DNA of 64,000 bases from Psilocybe cubensis (lineage: Eukaryota). Position numbers and translations under genes: made by a program. This document shows positions 1 to 11,905 of this stretch, piece after piece. Under the pieces are notes generated by a model, which worked only from the letters and a program-made list of their open reading frames with translations, did no database searches and was not told the DNA's origin. Numbering within the stretch: the stretch's first letter is position 1; each line of letters starts with the position of its first letter. Location of the stretch: positions 1,302,001 through 1,366,000 of the forward strand of contig CM039007.1 of NCBI GenBank assembly GCA_017499595.2, read 5' to 3'.

Positions 1-876
1 ACAAGCCGGTCAAGCTCCTTAACAGACTTTAAGACTGATCCCGAGTAGAACCAATTGAAAAGACGGAATACTGTAGCATTCAAGAAGGGAGCAAATATTC
101 CACCAGGATGTTTTTGGATGTCCTCGGTATTTTTGATGCCAAATGATTTCCACCAGCATCGATGCTGAGGATCTGAAGAAGTGGCAAGCCCAGGTGAGTC
201 ACAAAGATTGTCTATATCCTCATGTTCATCCACTTGCTTCGTTGGAATAATGGGATAAACTCGGAAAAGTCCAAAGTCATTGGGCTCAGTTTTCCGATAT
301 GAAATTGGGGTGTTTGACTCAGACTCTCGTTCGGTAGAAGGGAGAGCAGTAGTAGCAGCATGACGTGCTGGTGGACGAGGTGGACGTTTTGGCATATGGG
401 GTAGCTGTGTTGTTGAATTAGGAAGCATGTCTGCAAATTGCCGTGGAAATTGTCGGACACGGCCTGATCGTGTTGGAGGTGGAATAAATGCTGGGGCAGG
501 TAGATCGGGGGAATCAGGGCGGCATATGTCCATTGTCACATCCTCTGAATGCTCTGACTCGAGAACTTGTGGAGGGGGGGAGGGTTTTTTTGTGGCCTTA
601 CTTCTCTGGCCACCCATTTCACTAGATTCTGCCTGATTTAACAAGTTAGGAATGCAACTTGTAAGCACAATAACACTATCGTACCTCCATCGGACTCGCT
701 GGCCTAGCCGCTGACTTGTTGATGGAATGCTGCAAGTTGGATTTCATTTTAAAAGCCTTTGCCGCATTTCGAATAATATGATTGGATGATATCTTTGTTG
801 CGGCGCACTGTTTTCGATGTGCGGTAAGTCCTTGGAAGCCCTTGAAACTCTTGCTGCATCCATCGCAGACGACCAT
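1..876 (-). CDS. Plavaka-type (CACTA-related) transposase, 5' part; runs off the window start
   Basis: Exon 1 (876-685) MVVCDGCSKSFKGFQGLTAHRKQC is a C2HC zinc-finger-like start. GT-AG intron 684-633. Exon 2 is in frame to the window edge: TRSGRVRQFP...TEPNDFGLFRVYP...FAPFLNATVFRLFNWFYSGSVLKSVKELDRLV, motifs I recognise from agaric Plavaka transposases. Confidence 0.75.
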
Positions 877-1232
877 CACAATCAGGATAAGAACGATGAC
901 AAAAATTGTTTTCATTAAGTCGACTCGGAGTAAGGGACAATATGTTGCCCAAGGTGTTGCCTAGGTGGGGTACAGAAGGAACTAACTGCCCTAGCTAAAA
1001 GCCTGGGCAGAAGAAGAAAGCCACACGAGAAGTCTAGTGAGTGAATATATGAAAGCAGCACTGTAAACCGTGGTGAATCCAGTCAATAAGCACTAGCGCA
1101 GAAATCGTGCATCTTGATATTAAATCGGAGATTGAATGCTTGTTGACAGTGGCTGCGGTGCATGATGGCGCATCTTTCATCACACTTTTTCTATCCTCAT
1201 CCCCCGCTGTAGATAGTGTCTATTACGCACGC

Positions 1233-1425
1233 GACACCTTTGTGAACCCAACATCGCCACCAAACGTCACCAGCTCACTGCACATTGGGCACGCGTCGAA
1301 CGTTGCAATCCAGGAAGAGGACGTGCGCTAGAACTGAATGCGCAATTGCAGGATTCTTTTCGCGCCGGGCTTCCACCGTGCGGGCGTCTTGATGTAGATA
1401 GACGCAACACGACACATATGGCCGA
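1233..1425 (+). pseudogene. Valyl-tRNA synthetase fragment (HIGH-motif region), decayed
   Basis: DTFVNPTSPPNVTSSLHIGHASNVAIQE (HIGH at 1281-1292) matches ValRS PPPNVTGSLHIGHAL..AIQD. Downstream ILFAPGFHRAGV matches LFAPGFDHAGI. In-frame stops are present and the rest of the gene is absent. Confidence 0.8.
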
Positions 1426-1914
1426 GGTAAGAGTTCCTTCCTCTAAGAACAAGGTCACTGACAATGTTTTGTCAGCAACAAGGATGGCTGGGGTGCGCTA
1501 AAGAGCGTTGAGAGGGGTGAGCAACACTGAACCAGGTGTTGAATTGAAAGCTGACGTACCTTTACAGTCTCTCTCCTCTGAGATTACATGCTCCTATCGA
1601 TCCACAACAGGCACTGCCAGCAACACAGCAGGAGCTGCACAAGACATTGCAGCACAACCCACCACAAGCCGGACAGAACAGGCATTGCAGAGCGGCTGGA
1701 GAGGTTGACTGCTTGTGAGGCGTGGTTTCCTATCAACATGCGCGCCATCCTTGTAGAACTAGTAGGCAGGATCTGATTCTGTGATTCATATTCTGCAGAC
1801 AGCCAAGTATTTTTTACTGCTGTGGCACTGGCAGATCTCTATGTGTGAAACTGACCATCGTTTCTTTTCAGGTTTGCTGCTCTCACCACTCTAATTCAAC
1901 CCAACAACCGCCTC

Positions 1915-2804
1915 ATGGGCCTCAAGAAGCGCGTCAACAAGTGTATTTCCCACCTGCCAAGGTGGCCCCCACAACAATGTTTGTAGGCTTTTCCTTTGTT
2001 ATTATCGTGTATTGAATGTGCTTTCTTAGACTATTGCTGCCATCGCCACCGCCCTCCTCCACGTGTCGAAGCCCAAGTAGAAACTCTACCCAAAGCATGT
2101 CATCGCCAACGCCCGTACACTTGCCGCTGCTCTGGTGTTCCACAGCTACAGACTGCAGACTGGCGGTACTGACAACCACCTCATCCTCTGGGATCTTTGC
2201 CCCATTGATCTTACCGGCAGCAAAGTCAAGAAGGTCTGCGATCTCATGGGTATCACAATCAACAGTACATCTCTATCCGTTCTTTTCACTTGTCTACAGC
2301 ATAATCTCTAATATTTCTATCTTTGCAGTAAACACTGTTTCCGGTGACGTGTCAGCGCCTCAGTGACCTCATCCAACTACCCGTTCAACAGAGCGTGATT
2401 TTGCAAGACTGCCGCTCATTCGGTAATACCAAGGATCACCCCTGGGCTAGGGTTACCGTGTGAGCGGCAGTCAATCAAACACACTGCCAGGTACTTTGAC
2501 TGCCCAAGTTTCCGGTGGATTCCGTCTCGGCACATCCGCGCTCACCTCGTGCAACATGAAAGAGGAGTATATCAAGGTCTTTGCCAAGTTTCTGCACTGC
2601 CCCGTGCAGCTCTTGCTCTTGCTCCAGAAGGAGGCCGGCTCGAAGCAGGACTGTGTCTGCGTTGCAACTGTGCCCCAGGACAGCCTCAAGAGATACAAGC
2701 AGGTGACGCAGCTCAGGGAGGAGGTCATCATGTTTGCCAGCAAATGGCTGCTCCCCGGCATCGATGTTGTGACGCTCACTAGGCATGAGCGTCTGCATGA
2801 GTAA
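1915..2804 (+). pseudogene. Serine hydroxymethyltransferase C-terminal fragment, decayed, introns retained
   Basis: VFPTCQGGPHNN / TIAAIATAL / VIANARTLAAAL...YRLQTGGTDNHLILWDL / LTGSKVKKVCDLMGITIN / NTVSGD / AQVSGGFRLGTSALTS / LQKEAGSK / FASKWLLPG. Contains a stop, frameshifts and a ~140-bp insertion; the N-terminal half is missing. Confidence 0.9.
2407..2472. repeat. Inverted repeat (hairpin) inside the insertion in the SHMT fragment
   Basis: gactgccgctca (2407-2418) is the perfect reverse complement of tgagcggcagtc (2461-2472). An inner cggtaa/ttaccg pair extends the stem. Confidence 0.85.
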
Positions 2805-3267
2805 ATGCACAATGGGTGCTATCTCAGAATACCTATTGTCCATTTCGCTCTCGGCCCCTCTCTTGTCATCTTATTGGTCCTGGTTCTGGTTTTTTTTTTC
2901 TCAAAAGAAGATTTAACGATCAAACTCTTCACTGACTGACATGTAGATTTTCCAATGTTTGTTTTTTAAGATTAGAAGATACACGCCTGTTTTTAGATGG
3001 ACTTCAACATTGTCTGGCCCCCACCCTTTGCAGCTTGCTTGCTTATATCTTTTTTATGTATTGCTAGTTGGGTTACGCCTTGAATCGTGTTTAACAATGA
3101 CAACATACCGGAGCCAAATCAAGAATTGGCTGTTCAATGACATCATTTCACCGGCAGTGGTTCGTCCAAAATAGGAAGTAATGTCAACCGGAATATCCCG
3201 TGAGTAAATGCATCCGTGTTACTCCTAGTAATTTGGACTCACCGGATTCTCTCTTCTTACCCGCATA

Positions 3268-5726
3268 ATGCCTCCACCCCCTCCAACTGCTCCTTCCCGC
3301 TCTGCTCACAGCGACAACGACGACAACTCTGAAGATCAAGAAGACCAGATTCTGCTTGACCCCAAGCGTACAAAGGAACTCAACAAGGCACTGGATGGCC
3401 ATGGAAAGGTGAAGCAGACTTCGTTAGTCCTCTTTGTTACTGTCTCAGGTGCTGCTAAGTTTTCTTTTGAATAGGAAAATTCTTCGTCCCTACACATCTT
3501 TTGCACGCTTCTACACCCGCAGTGAAGATTTATTTGTCAATTGGTATAGCGTGATCGATAAAGGCTTTGCCGACATGGGTGGAACTTATGGAGAAAATAT
3601 TACAGAAGAAATGGACGTATATGCATATATTTTTTTACTTTGTCTTTACTTACCACAATGTCTCTAGATTCAAGGTCAAATATGCAGGCGAACTGTCTAC
3701 CTTTCAACGTATGAAGGACGACATCAAGTGTTTCAATATGGACATGCAGTATTTCCTCAAATATACTGATCGAAAGGATGATCTGGCGAAGGCGGTATAG
3801 TTTCTCAGCTTTGTTTTAGCATATATGGCGCATATACTTACTAAATCATATCTTCAGATGTTTGCAGCTTCTGGTGCAGCAAGATCCGAAGACATATCAA
3901 GCCTTACGGACAAAATCATTATCTATATCAATGAAGGCGACCCCGATCATAAAGTCCTCCCCGAAATTTCAGCAAAACTGAAGAAAAGTGAAACTCGAGG
4001 CTTCAACCACCTCGTTTTAGGCCGCATTTTGTGTCCCGCTCGCCTAGTACACCAGTTTGATGCAGACCCGGCAGCGTATGTGCCCTTCTTGTAATTTAGT
4101 GCATACATTCACACTGTCTTAGCTTCTTGCTCAAGCTTGCCGACGGAACAATCAACATTCTTCCTACCGATATGCCTAATCTCTTGTGGCCCTGTGATCA
4201 ATATGATCCAGACCACACTGACTTCAAGATGTTCCAGAGTGAAATTCTCGTTATGGTAAGTTGCCTAGTTGTCTTTTTTCTATACTAAACATTTTGCAGG
4301 TTTGGAAACACATATTCACCTCTCCAACGTCAGCCTTAAAGGATGAGCCAGGTCAGACCAAAACTCGGAGTTCTCAAGCAAAAATGCACCACATGGAGTC
4401 GGTAACGATAGGCTCTATTGCTTACGCAGCTTCCATGGTTAGTGATCTTTCTTATTTTGCTATACATTTTCACTTTCTTTTAGTATCGCTATGTAATCTC
4501 TTCAATTGAAGACTGGCGGATCGAAGAAAAGCTTTTCAAGCGAGACAAATTCTTCCAACACATGGTTAAGATGTTTGATAATGATCCTATAGACGGCGAT
4601 CCGGAGTGGGTGCAGGACACGTTAGAGTGGTGGAATAGGTATGTGGTGGTTCTTATTTATCTTTTAATACTTATTTGCTCCGTTGCCTACATGGCCGTCC
4701 AACAGTCAAGTCTTTGGGACTCCCCCGCACTGGGTTGACCAGCCTGAAAATCTCTCGGCCCCATCAACTTTGTCGGTTGTCAAGGAACAGCGTCGAGCCC
4801 GTCAAGCCGCTAAGGCTCAAGCAGCTCAAGTCGCTGCTAAGGCCAAAGCAGTTGAAGCAGAGAAGGCAAAGGCTCTCCAAGTAGTAAGTTATGCTTTTAT
4901 TATTGACGCCCTTATTTCTCATCTGTATAACTACATGCAGCGTGGCAATAACAATCGTAGTAAACCCCCACCCCCTCCCAATCTCCGTCGACGCAATTCT
5001 CGCTCAGTTTCTCCGCAACGGAATCGCCAACGTCATGGCCTAACATCTCCCCAACATACTCGACGGCGCAATTCCCGCTCAATGTCTCCTCCACGTGGCC
5101 GCCAACGCCAGGGCCTGATGTCTCCTCAACATACTCATCGTAATCGCGACTACGCACCTCGCCAGGACCGTGATCACGGCCAAGCATCTTCTCCTACCCA
5201 ACATGATTTCTCTCCTCAACAGAGCTCTACTCGATCATATATGTCAGCTCGAGATCAAACTCAGAAAAATAATGCGGTGTCCGGTGACCATTGGGCCTTT
5301 TTAATGGAAGATAGGGACTCGGATGAGCACGAGGGAGTGGAAGACATGGACATGGATGGAGAAGAGAACACGGACAGGGTTGAGGTGGATGAGCTGGCCA
5401 ACGAGAGTGATAATAGCATGTACGTCCCCAAACACGCTCGACACCCATCGTCCCAAACTATGCGTGGCTCTGGATCTGCATCGCCAGAGCCTACTAATAA
5501 GGCACCCCTGACTCGACATCAACAACCTGGCCGAAAATCAGTGGTCAAGCCTGTATCGTTGAACCGTGGCCCAAATAAGGAATACCATCAATCTCCCTCT
5601 GCACGCTCGACAACTCAAGCTTCTTCAAGATCGAAGAAAACCCTGTCATCGCCTTTTAGGCAAACACCCGTCTTCACTGAAACTCGCCACAATGCTCGTC
5701 GAGCTGCCTCTGAGGCCCGATCCTGA
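3268..5726 (+). CDS. Multi-exon transposon-associated protein, DUF6698-like, with a low-complexity R/S/P/Q tail
   Basis: Spliced frame contains RGFNHLVLGRILCP, VWKHIFTSPTSA, VTIGSIAYAA and WVQDTLEWWNSQVFG, recognised as the basidiomycete DUF6698-like family (name from memory). The GT-AG junctions I checked keep the frame. Confidence 0.65.
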
Positions 5727-6250
5727 TACTACTTTAGTATACTTTTTTGTGATTCGATTGCGGACACTGTCTTTAGCTTACTACCTTGTGAACTTTCTGA
5801 CCGATAATGAAAATAAAAGAGTTTTCTGCATTAATTTGTGTGGTATACTAGAAGTGTAACCCAATCAATATTCAACCGGACAGAAAACCTCACAAGCTTT
5901 CATCGCAAAGTACTCAAATCCATTTTCAGGTAAGATGGGAGATAGATACATTACCATGCATGATTATACAATTTTGAGAGGCCTTGGATTCCGGTGGATG
6001 GAAGTGCATTCCTAGAAATAGATCGTAGATACATACATTACTATGCAATGTCCTACATTTTTGAGTCATCTTGGATTGCGATGGATGGCCATGAATTCTA
6101 CACAAGAATTGTACCGGGTCGGGAATATTGTATGACATTCCACGAAACTTCGTGTGAACATAATGCCATTCAGTTTAGTGGAATATAGACAAAATTATTT
6201 TACATCATGTGCGTCATGTAGACCTTCTATGGCTCATGCATTCCTATGTA

Positions 6251-9200
6251 TAGTTGAGGACAATCAAAGACATCAATTTTTGTATCTCAGGAACGCGAAT
6301 TTTCTGGCAAAAACTAACGACGGATTCGAACTCGGACGGTCAAATAGCGTCTAAAAACACACTTTTCGTAAAATTCCCACGAGGTTTTGACCACCGCCAA
6401 ATTTTTGGCCAAAAAAAATCAAAAGTTTAGTCATGTTACTTGGTGCCGGGCAGCTCGGCGACCGCAAATTCTTATCACGATGGGTTGAGTAATGACTCAA
6501 TCGACATCATTACTCGCTGCGAAATCTGCCGGTGCTGCTTCTGCTTTCTCACTGCCCATGCCGCTGCACTCCCTGTCAAACCAACTCGATAAGCACTCAT
6601 AAAGCGCCAGGAACGATTGATGAAACGACGGATAACATCGGTGGGACATTCTTCAAGGTATTTCTTTGCCGCATTCTTTGCATCTTGAAATGTCTTCTTT
6701 TCGACTTCTCGATAGCGGTATTTGCACCACCCCCAGTACTATGAAAATAGTTTATAAGTAGCTGCTACTACGAAGTATAATAACTCACCATTTCAATAGG
6801 ATTCAATTCACAATGAAATTTTGGTAGAAAAATACATTCGTGCCCTCGAGATCTGATGTAAGTTTCAAGCATCGATGGCTGATTCTTGAAATCGTCTTGC
6901 TGGCTCAGAAGACGTGCAAGGCAGCAGCCTTGATTTTCAATTGGACAAATAGGAGAGCATTTGGCACGAAGACCCTGCACATTAAATCCACGTTCTTCGA
7001 GAACAGTTTGTAATCCTTTTGGTTGGCCATTGGGAAGGGTCATTTTCTGGTGTCGTCCACGGAGTTCAACAACAGGATTTGTATCAGGAATAATTGTATC
7101 ATGCTGGACTCGCTGCTTTCCTCCATCGGATTTGTTCATATCAAAAGCTCTAAGAGCATCTGGTGGTAATGACGCATGTGCTGAGGACTGATCAAATATA
7201 AACAAACTCTGCTTTCCGGGATGTGCAGCTTCAAAGATATCGACAGTGCTCTCCATCTGTTTCAAAAGTTGTGCGCAGTCCCACCAGTCATCACCCCCAG
7301 GACCGCCACCTGGATAGATAATAACCGTTGAATCACGGATAACATTTCCATGTGCATCAACCAGAATAAGACGCCCCGTTTCTGGATTAATGAACGCTGA
7401 AACATGAATAATACGCCCACGTCCCTTTCTGCGCAAAGGAAATTCTCCTTTTTTCAACCAAAGACTGCGTGAGGCATCATTCCCATGAAAAGAAGTTTCA
7501 TCGTGAAAATTTGGTATAATTTCACGTTCACCAGGCTTGAGTATTGGCTCCACACGGCGCAGTTCTGGGCCTTCATAATGAGCCATGCGTGCTTCAAACT
7601 TTTCCATTAAAGGAAGAAAAACTTCTTGTCGATATTTGACAACATCCGGTCGTTCATGGCCATCCATGTATACACCTTTTTTGACTTGCGAATATCTCCA
7701 TCCAAGTTTGATAAGCCAGCGTTGAGCGGTGCGAGTGCTAATAGGTTTTTTTGGTACAATTCCAAGATCGGGGAGAATAATTGTATTGATTGTTATTTGA
7801 AGATTTCTGGGTGTCACTTCTCCTGTCCGTAGGCTTTGAAGATAATCAAGTATACGCTTCTTTATGAGCTCGTCTTTTAGCAAGGATCTGGAGGACCTCA
7901 AACCTCCACGTCGCTCTGCTGGGAGTTGTTCAAAAATTTGGTAGTGTCGAGCAAGTGCACGGATTTTGCGCGAAAACCAAATGCCGTCTCGCTCATGCCA
8001 TTGTTCTGCAATTTCCGTGCTTGCCTGCATTTTTGTTCGTCCTTTCAGGCGAAGTGTGGCAAAGTTGCAAAGAATCAATAGCTTGTTGATATCCGATAGT
8101 GATCGAGACTTTCCCTGATTCTTTAAATCGGTTTTGATTTGATTTCGCAGAGTTTCCCAATCTTTAATTTCGGTCGGGTGGTTGCCAATGCTGTCGTCTA
8201 GGTCGTCTTCCCAGTCCTCCTCAGTTACCATATCGCTAGTTATTACTGAGTTTAACTGTTCCAAGTCGACAGATATTTGAGCGGAAATTTCTTCATCTAA
8301 TTCCACATTTCCAGACTCGACCTCAACATTATCGGAATCCACCGTCTCGCGATCACACATATCTGACCCGTCAATAGAAGGATTTGTATATTGATGTGGT
8401 GTCGAATCAGATTCTGGAATGGATGGGACTGCTGATGCCTCACGAGCATGATTGGAATCCAATTCATCAAAATTTTGTGAGTCCGCCGTCAGATCAATGA
8501 TTTCAACAGAGTTTCCTGTTTCCACAGATGATATACTGCGATCAGAAACACGACGTTTCCGTGAAGTATTGTTTGACGATGAGGCTGGAGGATCAACAAG
8601 GATAAACGAGTCTAATCGAGTCTGATTTGTGTATTTGCCTATGTGCCGCTCGTATGACCGTTTTGATTTGCTCAATAGATCTGGCCCTTTTACATAGGTA
8701 GTTGGGCGTGTTCCTACAGTATGCACAAAATGAGATACTTTAACATACAACTATCATATCAGTCAAATTTGATAACCATACCTTTCTTTTTCCTTCGCAA
8801 CTTAGGAGGAATCCAGTCCTTATCCGTCTTATCATCTTCATCAATCTCATACGATAGTGCTGCAAGCCTTTTACCCAGCTCGGTGCTTGTGAGTCCTTTC
8901 CATGAATGCTCAACAATCTCATCAAGATCTGACTCAAATTCAGAACTTGAATCATTGTCCTCCTGCTCGCTATCAGCTTGATCCTTTAGATCTCGGGCAT
9001 CATCTTGGTTTTTCGTGTTATTGCTATCCGCCAAGTCCAAGTTTTCATTTGGGGATTCGGTAATTGGGATTTGTGGAGGAGATGGTTGAACATTCTGATT
9101 TTTCAGGCCAGAAATGTTCCTTTTTTTCTTGGCTGGTCTGCCTTTAGGAGGCATCTTGTCGAATTTTTTTAGGAGGAACGGCTCGATAAAAATTTTTGAT

Positions 9201-9454
9201 ATTTGAGGCGCGAACACAGATTATCAAAAGCTATCTAAAAATGAATTTTCCGAGAATTTAGCGAATTGTTTTGACCACCGCCAAATTTTTTGACATTTTT
9301 TTCCCAAAAATGTTGATTCTGGAAATTCGGCTCGTGCAAATCGTTGAATTGGACCTAATACTACCTATTTAAACTGTTTCCGGACACTTTACATGTTTGT
9401 GGTAGTCTACATAATTCGCCGAAAAAAATTGATGTCTTTGATTGTCCTCAACTG
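6251..9454 (-). mobile_element. Complete Tc1/mariner-IS630 superfamily DNA transposon (3204 bp)
   Basis: 31-bp TIRs at 6251-6281 (tagttgaggacaatcaaagacatcaattttt) and 9424-9454, with one mismatch at the terminal base. Flanked by TA at 6249-6250 and 9455-9456. Encloses a DDE transposase. Confidence 0.93.
6475..9154 (-). CDS. DDE transposase (Tc1/IS630-like), 3 exons: 9154-8782, 8713-6789, 6738-6475
   Basis: Starts with NLS-like MPPKGRPAKKKR. Motifs [62 protein letters not shown]. Both GT-AG introns join in frame and there are no stops. Confidence 0.9.
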
Positions 9455-10444
9455 TAACTTAGATCTGGTTTTGCTGATGATTATATCACCTTAACCACAC
9501 TCCTGGACCCGAGCAATGAGGTGTCGTTATCATTCATTCTGTAGCGACGGAGAAGAATTAAGGTTTGAATGTTTACTCACGAAACTGTTGAATTGCTTTG
9601 TTGTTTTAATTGCCCGAGGTCAGCACGAGCAACCGTGTATTCTTACTCTTGAACATCGGCAGACTTTTGCTGTTTCTGTAAGGCTACGAAAGCTTGAACA
9701 GTAATGCATTGATTATAGGCTAACTCCCAGCTTGTAAACCAGCCATTCTGGCCTAGCTATTACTTAGTCAACTCCTTCACTGACGGCAACTGACCTTAAC
9801 GGGCTAGAAGTACATTGAGATAATCACGCTTGGACTAGTTTGGCTGATGGGACCTTGTAGTTACGACTCGGGCATTTGGCAAACTCGTTACTTACCTCAG
9901 AAACAAATCTAATCGAACTTGTATTTTCACATCGTTGTTGACTGGCGGTTATTCGGTTAAGGTTTACGGTGAAAAGGATAATTGATAGTGTGCGTGATGA
10001 ACTTTTTTTTCGGATATAGCCTCTGACTCCTGAGGGGTGTCCCCTGAGCTTGGTACTACTGAGGTACTTATCTACACTCCCCTGTGGCGTCGCGACTTTC
10101 ATCGACCTATCCATGCGCTACGGAACAATGGCTGAGTTGAACTAGTGATTAGTATGTATAACCTGAGAGCAAAAAGCAAGACATTGGTCGATGTAAGTCC
10201 AGAATTTCTACTCAATGTATTGGCAGGACTAATATTGACCATTTTAGGCTCTGCGTCCTATAATTTTTGTGGAATAATCACCGTGGAATGATCTGGACTG
10301 CTATCGAGCGTGTTTATCCAATCTTCTACTTCAAACAAACATAATTATATCATTCATAAAGTACGGAATCCCCAAAATCGTAAACTAGTAAATTGATCGT
10401 GCATGGAAGGGAAGTAGTAGTTCTAAAGCACCAAGCGTGTACCT

Positions 10445-11506
10445 CTATTCATCCTGGTGGTATATTTCCCTGAATAATCTTGGCAAACGATGTTCTGGAT
10501 GGCATTTCCTGAAGTGAGAGATAATATTTCCATGTCTAACAGATCTCTCGTCACACATTGTGCAGTAGATCCACACATTTGTATGGTACTCAATAATGTG
10601 GCGGAGCATTCCTCCTCCCCTCATCACATTTTTGCACCCCTTCACCAAACACTCCTTGCCATCGTCGGATTTGTCTCGTCGGTGGGACATTCTATGATAT
10701 ACCCTCAGATGGAGTTCAAATATATCTCTGCCACGGCACACCTCAGTGCATTTCCCAATCACACAGGGAATAAGGGGCAGATCATGGATTGTGACCTCTA
10801 CCGGTTTGTGGAGTTGATGTTGGCTTGCAGCACCACTGGCGACGCCGTCCACAGAAGGAACAAGCTTTCTGCGTGAGTTCTTCACTCGCATTCCATCGAC
10901 GTGCCATGTAGTTGGGGAATGTATTGTTTGGACTTTGAACGCAAGAGATAACCACTCGCTGCTGGTGAGCGTCGTCGTAGCACTCTTGTTTTGTACGGTT
11001 TCCGCGACTGGTTCAGTGACTTCGAATGATTCATCCTCGGAGGAAGTGATATCCGCTAATTCAACAGAATGAGTGCTTTGAAATAAGGTATTTTGTGGAG
11101 ATGTGGTTGGATGTCGGGAAACCTCATTCGTTTCGATATGGCGCAAAGTACCATTAGATATATTTTTCCCTTGAAGAAGATTTGGATGTATAGATTTGGA
11201 TAGCTCTGCAGGGAAGGGCTGGTCTGCCATTTCTAATAAAGCTTCAATCGCAATACGTTCTTTCACCCATCGATCATAACCGTCTCGCCGTCTCTGACCT
11301 GGAGCAGAAGGATTGTGACCATATTCCTCTCGAGTTGGCAAAGGCGCAGAAGAGTGCCACTGCGACTGTGAGTTAAGACCGTTGTACTCTTCTCCTCGCT
11401 GCTCTCTGTATCGAGTCTGGAAAGTTTCTGTGTAAGGGTTCATTTGTTGATCATGAGCCTGCGAAGGAGTGCACATGCATGGAGTGTCAAAACGGTTGAA
11501 GCACAT
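10445..11506 (-). CDS. C2H2 zinc-finger protein (single exon; start codon uncertain)
   Basis: 353-aa ORF with three C-terminal fingers: CVIGKC..HLRVYH, CLVKGC..HIIEYH, CTMC..HFRKCH. Confidence 0.75.
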   Translation of the reverse strand: MCFNRFDTPCMCTPSQAHDQQMNPYTETFQTRYREQRGEEYNGLNSQSQWHSSAPLPTREEYGHNPSAPGQRRRDGYDRWVKERIAIEALLEMADQPFPAELSKSIHPNLLQGKNISNGTLRHIETNEVSRHPTTSPQNTLFQSTHSVELADITSSEDESFEVTEPVAETVQNKSATTTLTSSEWLSLAFKVQTIHSPTTWHVDGMRVKNSRRKLVPSVDGVASGAASQHQLHKPVEVTIHDLPLIPCVIGKCTEVCRGRDIFELHLRVYHRMSHRRDKSDDGKECLVKGCKNVMRGGGMLRHIIEYHTNVWIYCTMCDERSVRHGNIISHFRKCHPEHRLPRLFREIYHQDE

Positions 11507-11905
11507 GGTTGTAGTTGTGAGCTGAACGAGATCTTGTAATAGAATGAGAGGGGAATACTTAAACGATAGATTTTATGTGCAACACATTCAAAATTTGGGC
11601 TGTGCTTTATACTCGAGGGTTTGGGGACACCAACGCATTGTACAATGTACCTTTGCCCTAAAAGGGAAGTTGGATCGACAATGCTAGCCTCAGTGAAAAT
11701 GAGATTTGGCGCTTTGGCCTTCCCGTTTCGGGTCCCAAATATCCGCTTTCCGTCATTCAATGGCCCGACGTTTGATTTGCTGACCCTACCTGGTTAACAA
11801 AATGCGCTTCTAGTACGCCGTTCTATATCCAACGTGGGCTCGGATTTCGATGAGGAAACTTTTTATTCAGCGAAATCCAGAAGTGATGTGTTGAGCTGTA
11901 CTCTT

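Larger units (their letters stand above)
1..6156. mobile_element. Putative Plavaka/CACTA-like DNA transposon (right portion) carrying gene fragments and a DUF6698-like gene
   Basis: Transposase plus a divergent accessory gene. Imperfect ~57-bp repeats at ~5945-6001 and ~6032-6088 lie near a candidate terminus reading CACAC on the minus strand (6156). The end point is inferred because the other TIR is outside the window. Confidence 0.45.

Noticed and set aside
4984-5135. Duplicated RRRNSRSxSP...SPQHT segment in the DUF6698-like tail
   Set aside because: A single ~75-bp duplication in low-complexity sequence, with no evidence of separate function.
9457-10440. Short ORFs right of the Tc1 element (e.g. 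9824-10114)
   Set aside because: No recognisable motifs or consistent exon chain.
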